Assembly (NCBI GenBank): GCA_046563655.1
Contig: CM102287.1
Coordinates: forward strand, 5,332,001-5,396,000
Length of the DNA: 64,000 nt
Direction: 5' to 3'
Source of the DNA: Yuukianura sp. NJ FZ-2021
Lineage: Eukaryota
The first letter of the stretch is position 1. Every line of letters starts with the position of its first letter. Shown here one piece after another: positions 51,918-64,000 of this stretch. Under the pieces are notes generated by a model. It saw only the letters and a program-made list of their open reading frames with translations, was not told the DNA's origin and made no database searches. The translations under genes and the position numbers were made by a program.

Positions 51918-53394
51918 TTAACGAAAAGTGAGTAGAAGGTCAACTGTGCTTTTGAGGATAACATTAACATAGGTTTGGAGACAGAAATTTCTACTGGACA
52001 AAGTAAACATTCCACCCACATTCACTGTAATTGGGCGACAAGATTTTCTAATAGCATGGTCAAATTTTGTGAGAGGCAAATTTTTAGAATATTGGAACGA
52101 AATAAAACGTTTTGAGTGAATACTAATATTCACACCAACCTGGCATATAACAAGACCCATGACCAGTATTGTAATGTCGAGAGTTGTAAACATGAACAGT
52201 AAGAGGGGATCTTTGGTCCAACTTGCTTTCATCAGCATAAATGTAAACCCAATGACGAAAAATATGTTCCCGTAGTACGCAACTTGAAGCCATTGTCGGA
52301 GGTGGTCGTTGATCCTGATTCCATATACTTGGAGTGTCCTGTAAAGGGCGTGGCATTTCAGCCGGTCACGCTCTCCTCTTCTATCCAAAGGTGTATGTTG
52401 AGCCAAGAGTTTGAGCCATTGCATAAGTGAAGCCGAAATTAAAAGTGCAGTGAGCAAACTGAACCAACCCCAAAACACAAATGCGTTTCCTGCCAGACCA
52501 GTGACGAAACCCGCTAGAATAGCTCCGACAGTAGCGTTTTGGACTAGAATTGAGTAGTAGCGGACCATAAGCCTCATAAAGAAAAAGTTTGTGATTGCCG
52601 CCAACACAGTTATAACAGGCATTTCGACTAACACCATAAATCCCAGCAGCTTGAACGGTTTAAAGCACAGATACAGAAGTTTGTCACTTTCAGCCCACTT
52701 GAGCAAGCCGCGAATAGTTTCACCTAAAAAGTAAAAAAAAAATTCAAAGTTATAGTTTGCCTCTTTTCAGAAGGCACTTTTCTTTAGTGTTTTTTTTTCT
52801 TCGATTTCGACGCTCATGGAAAAACTTAGTTTTTGAGAAACGCTCTCCTCATTAGCGTTGAAATTTCAAAAAACTGGTAATTTCTAATGTTAAGCATCCG
52901 TCAAGCCAAGCCACTGGAATTTTTTCAAATTTGAAAAGTGCCTTCTAAAAAGAGACAAACTATAGTTTAGCTTTAAGGAAATTAAAAATTTAAATTTTCG
53001 AAATCAGTATTTTTTTTAGAGAAATATAAGAAATTGAATTTTTACGTGCTGTACGATCAGTACTGAACAACTGATTCAGAAATTGCACAGATTTGTCTAT
53101 GTTCGTGTTCCATAGTTGGTCTGCATATAGACAATATAATACTACAATGTTGATAGAAATGCTTCCCGCAAATTCAAGGTCAGTTTTGCTGTCTGCAAGA
53201 GTGTGGAATATCATTACAACCGATAAAATACTAAGAATACGCCCAAATTTAAAAATATTTGCCACGATTTTCCTTTGCTTGTGTGTTAGAGGTATAATTT
53301 GCCATTGAGAGTTTACGCAATCCAACTTGAACGGGCAAATTTTAAAATATGCTCCAATGTGTAGGTATTGGTGGTACTCAGAGTAGGCAGACAT
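51918..53394 (-). CDS. Chemoreceptor-like protein, copy B of 6788-8092; exons 53394-53046 and 52723-51918
   Basis: Colinear and closely similar to copy A, with the same phase-1 intron. Confidence 0.6.
52753..52962. mobile_element. TA-target (Tc1/mariner-type) MITE in the intron of receptor copy B
   Basis: ~30-bp TIRs tagtttgcctcttttcagaaggcacttttc / gaaaagtgccttctaaaaagagacaaacta, flanked by TA. The empty site gttagtttag is in the copy A intron (~7623). Confidence 0.85.
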
Positions 53395-54682
53395 TTTAGA
53401 ATCTGTTCAACTAAAAAGAGGTAAAGTTTTTGAAAAGTTTATTGAAGATTGAATTTTTTCAAAGCTGATTGGATTGGGAGACCGAGTTCACTGGACATAC
53501 TTCTAAAATAATCAGAATGCATGTACGTCTTTACAAACACTAATAAAAGTAAACCAGTTTTCTTGGGAATGTCGTAAACATGGCCTTCCAGAATACTAAA
53601 TACTAAAAAGCGAAGAGTTTTCAGTTATCTTTTCAAAAACAGAAAATACACGGCACAAACGTTTTTGAATTTCAGTGAAAGTTTTTTTAGTAGTAACATT
53701 GCCGTTTTTCTCATTCCAAAACATCGTAACATTTTGTCTAGCTTTAAATAATTCAGTGAAAGTGGAAGCATTATGGAGGAAAGGTTAAGCAGGAAACTGG
53801 AAATTGTCATAAATTCCTAAAGATAATACTCTTTTGTGGTAAATTATTGTACTGAAAGTACCTTTTATGTAATATAGATCGTTCTAATGTGAAAATTGTG
53901 TGTACTGAGGAGTTAGCGTTATACTAACCCTAAACATATTCAACATAACTTGTTTGTAGTTCGGAACTATTCTGAAATCGCATAAATTTTTAGTAACACA
54001 AACCCTGCGTCAAGCTCTATTATTACAGCAGCTTACTTTACTGCAAATGTATGTTAAGAAATATAAAAATTATTAAACAATATAACGAAAAAAGCTAACC
54101 TAAATTTAAATTAACTGATATGGCAGGCTCTGTTGTTTTTCGACAAATAAAATCTCGTACGTTTCTTACTGGAATACCAACCCAGGCAAAAGTAACAATT
54201 CAATGTGGATGTTTACCATTTGGGAATTGCCTTAAATTGTAGGGATCTTAAGATTATGCCGTTAACTTAAGGCGTGTCTGAGTTGTCGGCCGAGTCTTTG
54301 ATGGCCTCCGAATGTCACTCTGAGCAAAGTTATCAGACGTTAAATTTAAATTAATTTGAGACGATTACAGACCCCTTGTTGCATGGTCGTATTCCCACGG
54401 GTCAAATGACCGTCCGGGGATCATCGGCTTAGAGTCGCTTCTTCCTTGTTTGCAGGAAGGAGAAAACAGCGCATGACAGAGAAAGACTAGATCTGTTCGT
54501 GAATCTCAAGAAGTGTGAATGTGAAAGAACAAGATGTGAAAGCAGGAAGATGAACTTCATTATTCATTAGATGAGCAAGTCGAAATGTCGCGTGAAGAGG
54601 AAAGGTCACGCTGGTGTGGGTCAATAATACAGTAAAGTTTTTTCTACATTTTGTAAAGTTGTTCAGTTTTCACACAAAAGTG

Positions 54683-56886
54683 ATGAAGATTTTTCGAATT
54701 ATAAGGTAAGGAGAGCTCTGATTTCATAAAAACTTGTTGAATTCTGTACTGAAAAAAGTACAAAGTTCTTTTTTGGTCTTTTTCAGCTTCTTCTTCGTGT
54801 TGCTTCGGTTGGGCGGATCAATGAACGCAGCGCTGAAAGCAGCACTTTCGAAGAACATCAGTAGCATTTTAGACTCTTTTTCACTAAACTATGACAAGCG
54901 TGTGAGACCAAACTATGGTATGATTGCGAAAAAAAATTTAGTAGCTTTTCATAAAATTTTGCATTTTGCCTTTTCAAACAAGATTGAAATGCCTGTATAT
55001 TTCGTAAAAAATGTATTTTTTGTAGGAGGGGATCCGGTAGTCGTGGGAGTGAGCATGTATGTTCAAAGCATTTCGAAAGTTTCAGTTGTGAATATGGTAA
55101 TTTGCTTTTTTTTACCGAAATGTCCGAAATTTGCCAAAAATGACAAGCTAGCATTTCAGACACAGTTAAATTCGGTTCGATTTTTTGAAATTGTCATTTT
55201 ATAGGATTTCACCTTAGATTTTTATTTTCGTCAAACATGGAAGGATCAACGTCTCACTTTTACTGCACCAGAGGGCGTCAAACAACTCAGCGTGAGCACG
55301 GAGTTCTTAAAGTCAATTTGGGTTCCTGACACGTTCTTTGTTAATGAAAAAACGTCATATTTCCACAACGCAACGACTAGCAACGAATTTTTAAGAATTT
55401 ACCCCAACGGAGACATTCTCAGAAGCATTAGGTAACAAACCTAGTCTAATCTTGTGTTAAATCCAAATTTAACCTGGGAAATCTAAATTTTTCAGACTTA
55501 CGGTCACAGCCAGTTGTCCGATGAACTTACAATTCTTCCCGATGGACTCTCAATTGTGTAACGTGGAAATTGAATCTTTTGGATACACTATGCGTGACAT
55601 ACGATACGTCTGGAGTGACGGACCCAAGAGTGTTGGCGTGTCCAACGAAGTGTCACTTCCGCAGTTCAAGGTCATGGGCTACCGTCAACGAGCCAATGAA
55701 ATCAGCCTGAGCACTGGAAACTACTCTCGTCTGGCCTGCGACATTCTGCTTGTACGTTCAATGGGTTACTACATGATTCAGATCTACATCCCCTCCAGCC
55801 TCATTGTCGTCATCTCATGGGTATCATTTTGGCTCAACCGCAACGCTGCTCCAGCCAGGGTCTACTTGGGCATTACTACGGTAAGTTTGTGTCAAAATTA
55901 GTTTGTCGTATCGCTAAAGTAAAGTTTTGACTCGTTTAAAGTAGTGAAAATGAAAATCCAAACAGTAGTGTAAATTATGTTTTGCAGGTATTGACGATGA
56001 CAAGTCTTATGACTTCGACAAATAATGCCCTTCCAAAAATTTCATACGTAAGTTCCAAACGTTTTTGAGAAATTGCTGCATAAGTGGTTTGGATTCAATG
56101 CATTTCTGTACTGAGCATAAATTGCATAAGCTGCAATGACCATAAACTGCAATTGCTATAAAAATTTCAAAAAAAAAATCAAAATTCTGCTTCACGATTT
56201 GATAAATTAAGAAATACTAATTTGGATTTGGATTGTGAAGGTGAAATCTATTGATGTGTTCCTGGGTACCTGTTTCGTCATGGTTTTTGCCGCTCTACTC
56301 GGTAAGCGCCGAGCTTTACTAATATTCATATAAGCATATATTGAGTTTCAAGTCATAACGTTTTAGCAAAGATTCAGTTTTGGCGAAGCCAGAAATATAA
56401 GTATATTTAATAATGTGTTCTGTTTAATTGAAAGAGTACGCAACAGTGGGATATTTTGCAAAACGAATCCAAATGAGAAAGAACCATTTTGCAAATTTGA
56501 AAAAGCTGGCGATGCAAATCCAGCAATCTCGTGCCAATTCCCAGTGTCATTCGCAGGTACTTTATATTTATATGAATAAATATTTATAATTATATTTAAA
56601 TTATCCCAACATCTAATTGAACAATTGAAACGTAAAGTTAACCTCTAATTTGCAGGATCCTAGAGGCAACAATGCAATGTACCAATCAGATGAACTAGTT
56701 CTTCGACATATCCTACCGACCAATCCAAATCAAATTTGTGGTATTACCCCATCCGACATTGACAAATACTCCAGAGTCGTTTTTCCAGTTTGCTTCATCT
56801 GCTTTTCACTGCTCTACTGGATCATCTACCTCCACACTTCTATCATTGCAATCCCAAATCTTATTACGCTTAACCGAAAAGATTAA
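54683..56886 (+). CDS. Rdl: RDL-like GABA-gated chloride channel subunit, paralog 1 (9 coding exons)
   Basis: [31 protein letters not shown], Cys-loop [31 protein letters not shown]1 [48 protein letters not shown]. Confidence 0.93.
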
Positions 56887-57849
56887 GTTATTGGACCAAA
56901 TCACAGCAACCCACGACCTTAACATAACAAGAATCAGTAACGATAACTACAAATTATAAAATACTCAAAATGTACTGTAAAGGAACAGACTCTGTAATCG
57001 AATCATGTAGCAGATTACGTAAGGCCTTGCAAAAGCCAGTATCAAGCACACGAGCTTTGTACAGCACCAGTGTTACTTCTAAAAATAGTCGACAATAAGC
57101 ACATATCGTTTCGAACGAACCAAACATTCAGAGACGAAGTACAAAAAATCACATCAATTTTCATGCAATGAACGATTTCAAAATTTGCAAACTGCTTTAT
57201 AATGTCAAAAAAAAATCATTTCAAATTTTCTGACTTAATAGTTTTCACACTCCAGAGCAATGACCTGCTTAAGCCGTTTTATAAAACACGTTTCAATTTT
57301 AGAAACGCAAATTTTGTAATCTACTTTCTCTTTTGCACAAAATGAGGAACCATATTTCTCAAAATGATGAATTTCATCCGCTTTTGTGCCCTTTTCTCTT
57401 TGACATATGTGAAAGTTTGGAATATGTAATCATGTTCCATAACCAAACCTGAGGCACAAGTTCCGCCTGTGCCCGACAGCTTATCGACGCCTTTCTCCTT
57501 TGTCTTGGAAGTATATACTAGTAGTACTAGTAGTAAACATTTGTGCATGTGTGACCTTTTGCTTTTCGGAGAAAGTGGTTTATGGATTTTCCACTTTCTC
57601 CTTCATCCGCAGGTTCTCTGCATGTATCAATGGAGCCCAATCCTCAAAGGTATCCAGGGCTCAACATATTTTCACAACAACTTCACAAGGCTCCTTCCTT
57701 TTCAAACTTACCTAAACCCTCAACCTACCTTAACTTAACCTAGTTAACCTAATCCATAACCCAATTTAAAACAAAACCACGACCAGAATAGCCTAAATAG
57801 AGATTATGGTATGAAAACACTCTAAATTCGGAACACAATCTAGTAAATC

Positions 57850-59905
57850 ATGAGCTTGATTTACATCATCAGGTGAGTTCTAATAAAAAAAATCATAATA
57901 ATTAAATATTTAAAAACTGAGGTGAAGGTTTTTTCTTTTCATCATTTATGTTTTTAGCTTTCTCTTCCAATTGGCCATTCGGCTCCAGTTGAGTGCATCG
58001 ATGACTGATGAACTTAAAGCACTTTCCAAAAATATTAGTCTCATTCTGGACTCGTTTTCACAAAATTATGACAAGCGTGTGAGACCAAATTACGGTAAGG
58101 TCACAGAGATTGAAGAAGCTAAGAAACTGATATAAAAGACAAGTTGTATCGATTTTATCTTTTACAAGGCGTCGAACCCGTCGTCGTTGCAGTGAGTATG
58201 TATGTTCAGAGCATCTCAAAAGTTTCAGTAGTAGAAATGGTAAAACCAAAATTTCAATTTTTTTTTTCAGAATGTTGATGTAATTTAGGTAAAGTCTTAA
58301 CATTTGTTTTGATTTATGGCTGTAGGATTTCACTCTAGATTTCTACTTTCGCCAAAAATGGAAAGATCCACGTATGGCATTTAGCGCCCCAACGCGCGTT
58401 ACGCAGTTGAGTGTGAGCACGGAATTTTTGAAATCGATCTGGGTTCCGGATACGTTTTTTGTCAACGAAAAGAAATCTTACTTCCATCACGCAACTACAA
58501 ACAACGAATTTTTAAGAATTTACCCCAACGGAGACATTCTCAGAAGCATTAGGTAAAAAGCATAGTCTAATCTTAAGTAAAATTTAACTAAACTTAATAT
58601 GACTAATCTAAATTTTTCAGACTTACGGTTACAGCCAGTTGTCCGATGAACTTACAATTCTTCCCGATGGACTCTCAATTGTGTAACGTGGAAATTGAAT
58701 CTTTTGGATACACTATGCGTGACATTCGATATGTCTGGAGTGACGGACTCAAGAGTGTTGGCGTGTCCAACGAAGTGTCACTTCCGCAGTTCAAGGTCAT
58801 GGGCTACCGTCAACGAGCCAATGAAATTAGCCTGAGCACTGGAAACTACTCGCGCTTGGCCTGCGACATTCTGTTTGTGCGTTCCATGGGTTACTACATG
58901 ATCCAGATCTACATCCCTTCCAGCCTAATCGTTGTCATCTCTTGGGTGTCCTTCTGGCTCAACAGAAACGCTGCTCCAGCCAGGGTCTACTTGGGCATCA
59001 CTACGGTGAGTTTGTATCAATATAAGGTCATTTTTGTATCGAAAATGCATTTTCGATTGGAAAATTTCGCGTAATTCTGAAGAGTATTTTCGAAATTCCA
59101 AAAAGCTTTTGATTTTTGGATTTTGCAGGTATTGACGATGACCACACTCATGTCTTCGACAAACAAGGCGCTTCCAAAAATTTCATACGTAAGTTCAAAA
59201 ATTGTTCTGGAAGAATTGTACTAAAAGGGAGGTTAGTCTGAATTACCGAAAAGCTATGATTTCCCGAAAAATTCAAAATTTTGGCCACTATTTTCCAAAA
59301 ATTTTGAAATTCTTGGGATTTGAAAAGGTGAAATCCATCGACGTGTTCTTGGGGACATGCTTCGTCATGGTCTTTGCTGCTTTGCTAGGTAATCAAAGTT
59401 ATTTTGTATAATAATTACTTTCAAAATTTTGTTTTTATTTTTCAAAATTCAAACAATCGTGGTTTTTAGAATACGCTACCGTGGGATATTTAGCAAAACG
59501 GATTCAAATGCGGAAAAACCATTTTGCAAATCTCCAAAAATTGGCAATGCAGATCCAGCAGTCCCGTGCCATCGAAGCGGCCCATTGTCACTGGCAGGTA
59601 CTTTGCAAATTTTTGGACTTGTGGAACAGAGTTATTGTCGTTTTTGTCGCAAATTTTGAAAAATCTTCAAAAAATTTCAGGATCCACGAAACAATACTAT
59701 GCACCCTTCCAATGTTGCACTCCATCGTCTCATTCCGAGTAACCCCAACCAAATTTGCGGAATTACTCCATCGGATATTGACAAGTACTCTCGCGTTGTG
59801 TTCCCAGTATGTTTCATCTGCTTCTCACTGCTCTACTGGATCATCTATCTCCACATTTCCAACATCACCATCCCACACCTCATCATGCTCAAGCGCAAAG
59901 AGTAA
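57850..59905 (+). CDS. Rdl: RDL-like GABA-gated chloride channel subunit, paralog 2
   Basis: Same motifs and exon structure as paralog 1; start MSLIYIIS; M2 [20 protein letters not shown]. Confidence 0.93.
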
Positions 59906-60668
59906 ATTTAAGCAGCTACATGCTTAGTTGAAATTAATTCCTGTCAAATTGACAGAATCACCAATAATTAAAATTAGAATTTGCACGTTACTGTACTGTT
60001 GAAATGCAACAAAACTCTAGTGATAGCGTCATGGATGAAATAAATTGTTGAAAGCATTTGAGTTTAACAGGAACAAGGCTATGTTTTAGTCCAGTTCATA
60101 AAGCCGGTCTCAAATTTCACCAATTTTGAACTTCCTTTTTGCACAATGTTTTGCAGTTAAATGTGTTTTCCTTATCCTGTTCGCATTCAATCTCAATGTA
60201 TCTCGCCAAATTGTCAAAAGCGAAACCATTTTTTGAGAGTTTTTTTGCCTTTTTTTCTCATAATCTAATTTATGAGACTGTCATTAGATTGTAACTCTGC
60301 AAACTTTTCAAGTTGGCCTTCAAACAGATTATTAAAAAATTCGTCGATTCGCCTTAGGTAGCAGATTTAATTGGAATTGAAAAAGAGCTGTTTCAGCTCC
60401 CAGACATAAACTCGCTGCAGCAATTTTTTCAAGCCTCGTCGTCAGCGACTTTGAGACTTACAACTCTCAGCGACAGTTCAAACTGCTAATCAGAATATTT
60501 GGCACGCTGAAAAAGTTTGAACTTCAACAAATATTTGGTTTCTGCTGAAAAGTTTAATTTTAGTTTTAGTTTTAACATAGGGACAGAAATGCTTGAAATG
60601 AATTCAGTATTTGTGAAACTTGTAGAGAGCTAAGAGACTTGTTATAGTAAAAATAGGAATTGTTTTGA

Positions 60669-62588
60669 TTAATAGTTTTCAGTACAAAATAGTATGCCAC
60701 TGTCACCTCCACAGATGAGTCGGTTGTTCCTGGAGAGGTTGACGGAATTGATCGGAAATGGAGACGAGTAAAGCGTTTTACAACTGAGGCCTTTCGTCAA
60801 AAATCCCAAGTTCAAATCCGTTTCATAGTCGTTGTCTGGAAAATTTAGAAAACGAAAAATTATTTTTGAAAATTCGAAAACTCGAAGCGTAGAATTCAAA
60901 CCACGAAGTCGCTTCGTGCTGATCAGCTTAATAACTCTAAGATCCAGAAAAAAATTTACAAAATGCTAAGATCAAAAATGCACTTTGCACATTACGCAAT
61001 TGGAAGCTCCAGGAAGCAAAAGAAAAATTAAAATGTGCATTTTTTATAATACGCGGTCATGCCCCAACACTAACTTTGTCTGGATAAACCCTGATCTGGT
61101 TTAGAATGTTGCAACTTTCGAGTGCAACTGTCTTATCATTAGTAGTAGTAAAATGAACTTTGAAGCGAACTTACTCTGGACCAAATCAGTTTCCATGCAA
61201 TCTTCAGCCGTGAACCAATGGATGACCTCTCCGTTTTGATTGCAAGTGTAGAATCTGTCTGGACAAATCGGATGGAAAAAAATTTCACTCACGGCTCCAT
61301 CTTGCCGTTCAAGGTTGGCAATTGGTTCAGAGGTGCAACCGCGGAGATCCCAGAGATCTGTCCCACCAGAAGCGTAACCCACCATGAGAATGTGGGGCTG
61401 TGAAGGATGTGGAGCGATACATGTGGCTCCAGAAAAATCCTCAAGGTTGTCCAAAGTCTGAGCAGCTTTTTTACTCCCGCCACGACGTAAATCCCAAATT
61501 TTCACTTGGCTTGCATTATTTCCAGTGGCGATAGTACGCCCCACGGTTTGCTCCACGCAGCAAAATGAAAAGTCTTCGACCGAATCTGCTCAAAATTTCC
61601 AGTATAGAGATGCATCTTGTTGAAATCAGGTAGCAATAACTTACTGAAAGCTTGAATGATTTCACAGGTTGCTAACGATACTTCGAAAATTGATCCGTCT
61701 TCTCCGACTGTGGCAACGGACGTGTCGAGCAAAGTTAGCCCAGTTGCGGGACACGCTAATCCACCACTATTAGAAAAGCATAAATCCAGATTCAAAATCC
61801 ATGATTATGTTCATTTTAAATTATAATGGAATTCCTTATTACATTGACGACTTACACTTTGAAGTGATGAACAACGTTGGAGGACATGATTCCGAACCTT
61901 CTTGGGCTCACACCATCATCATCTGAATCTTTCAATTGGAAATAAGACACAGCGCCAAACGAGGTTGTTAAAGCAAATCCTTGATTTTTGACGGCCTAGA
62001 AGGAATTTGCAAATTGTGAGCCATTGCAAATCCTAGCAATTCTAGACATTAATTAAGATCTTCTTAGATCACTCATTACCACAATGTCTGTAACATTTCC
62101 CAAAACCGGGAACTTCTGCACGGACTCGAGTTCGGGCATTGGTTCCTCTTCATTTGTCCTTGACGAGTCATTAACAGTCAACTTCCAAATGGAGGCTTCA
62201 TTTTCCTGCCATCGGATTTAAGAATGCCATAATTTTCAGAAAGTAGAATTTATATTTTAAGTGGGCATTGGCAATGCACTGACAATGAACTTACCAGTTC
62301 TCCCCATGATCCAACGACGAAATATTCAGGCATTGAGGCGTCAGGAACGATTCCAATGTGACCTAGCTTGAGCCATCTGACCTTGTTGACTTTCTTACCA
62401 GCTTGAGTAGAAAATCGGAACTTTGAGGATGGTTTCGAGCGCTTTCGGGAATGAGCCGTGACGGAGGGTTCGGATCCAGGCGGCGTTAAATCCACTCGGT
62501 TTCCAGTTAAACTCAATCTAGATTTATTAGTTGAGGTCATTGAATTGCGTGACTTCGGAAGTCCACTTAAGACTGCTGGAAACGACAT
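60669..62588 (-). CDS. Nup43: Nucleoporin Nup43-like WD40 protein, multi-exon
   Basis: KKVNKVRW...FVVGSW, VATVGEDGSI, QVKIWDLR, CIAPHPSQPHILMVG, LWDLR...VSEIFFHPICPDRFYTC...VIHW match the Nup43 motif order as I recall it. Confidence 0.8.
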
Positions 62589-64000
62589 CTTGTCACGTCC
62601 AGATCCGACCGATTTCAAGTTTACTTTTCTTGGATTCCCGCAGCACCACCAGTACCAGTTATAGAATACAGGAGAGGTTTACTAGAACAGTAAGAAAAGA
62701 AATTAAGAAAAAAGACAAGGCGGTGAGGGCGAAGGCCACGGAAATCGTTTTTATTATCTTACGAAATAGCGAATTTCAATTTAGAATTAAAAAATTAGTC
62801 CGTTTACCCGTACCTGCGAATCTACCGATGAAAAACCCAACTGTTATCGACGATGATTATGTAAGTGGTTCAATCACTACTCAAAAAAACGCTAAACAAC
62901 GCCAAATTAATTAACGTTTTACTTTTAAATTTTAATTGAGTTCATTTAATTTTTCAATTCAGTTTGTTTTTCTTCTTTTTGCCGACAGAGAAATTTCCCG
63001 CCAAAACCGATTTGAAACCGGCGTCTCTTCCCTGCTTATGAAAACGGAAATATTTTTGTGCAAAATCATCGAAAATGTCAGGTTTACTTTTCGAAAACTG
63101 CAAAAATTTCAATCACTAATCTGATTAATTTCTTCCAGAAAAACCGGTAGTCATTTTCAATTTTTACAGGATCTTGCCAAAACTAACACTATCCATTGGA
63201 CTCAATTGTTGAAAAAATGCTGGAAAGTTTCCTTTAACCTTCGCATCAATTTGATAAACTAGTTTTTTTATGGTTTCCAATTTCAACTCTTCAAAACCAG
63301 AATTTCGAATCTTGCCAAAACTAGAAACTTTGATTCCGTGACTTGACTTTGGAAATTTTCCTCAAGTATTTTTTTGAATTCGAACTTGATAAGGGGAACA
63401 AGAGGCATAAAAATTGAGTTTTGACAAATCCCGGTCTGATAAATGTTTCTTTCTAGAACTTTTGTCCAGAACTTGACTCTTCGAGGAGGTCAAAATCTTC
63501 TCCAAGGTTGTTGTTGGGATGATTCTGGGTTAACAACAGATCGGGAAGTGCGGGGTCACGACATTGAGTGGTTGATGCTAAGAGGCTTTTTGGCAAAAGT
63601 ATAATTGCACAAGGTGTTATCTACCAGAACAAAGATACTTGGATCCTCTTCCTCTGCATCTGTCTATGTCTCCTTGTGTTAAATTTAAACAATTTTATGA
63701 CCTCTGAACTGAATCTGGAGACGATTAAAGTGGTGGCCACCCGATGGGAACCTGATGGATTAGTCTTCAGCCCTAGAAACAGCACTGAGCTTTGGTCACT
63801 CCAGACAGATGGATTTTGGTATAAAAAGGAGCCCAATTGACAGACCAAAGCACAGTCCGATTTCAGACAGATCTTGAAAAAGATTTTCTGAAATTAGATT
63901 TCCTTTCAGACTTTTTGGGTGTCCAGAAAGTTTTTTCTTGAAAAAAATCTTCTGAACTTGTCCGTTCTTCCTAAACTGTGATCAACATGAAGGCATTCTA

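Noticed and set aside
54285..54465. SINE/LINE 3'-like or structured RNA upstream of Rdl paralog 1
   Set aside because: GC-richer with short hairpins, but no A/B boxes, tail or TSD that I can support.
63430..64000. Coding-like sequence at the window end, possibly a degenerate retroelement
   Set aside because: The frames I translated are interrupted by stops and I recognise no diagnostic motif.

Overview
AT-rich, intron-containing animal DNA. It is an arthropod, probably a springtail-like hexapod; this is inferred from the Rdl-type GABA receptors, TTAGG motifs, short GT-AG introns and expanded divergent 7TM chemoreceptor-like genes. The window is gene-dense and dominated by local duplications. 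Single-copy genes: SEC14/GOLD, a 6-exon putative neuropeptide precursor, a coiled-coil protein, a Cys-rich GPI-type protein, a 957-aa secreted Q/N/P/H-rich protein, a prolyl 4-hydroxylase alpha and Nup43. Duplicated families: several tetraspan (DUF4728-like) membrane genes, two minimal EXD1/Egalitarian-like DEDDy exonucleases, four intact plus two broken gustatory-receptor-like genes, two lipocalin-like genes and two tandem Rdl-like GABA-gated chloride channel genes. Non-autonomous DNA transposons include a TTAA piggyBac-like element with a 15-bp satellite, a foldback element, and hAT- and TA-type MITEs. Two observations stand out. Both Rdl paralogs carry Tyr at the M2 2' pore position, which is the known toxin/insecticide-resistance site. 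The precursor predicts an amidated peptide, LFTQPYQERFNSFF-NH2, that I cannot assign to a family. All gene models were spliced by eye and no searches were run.
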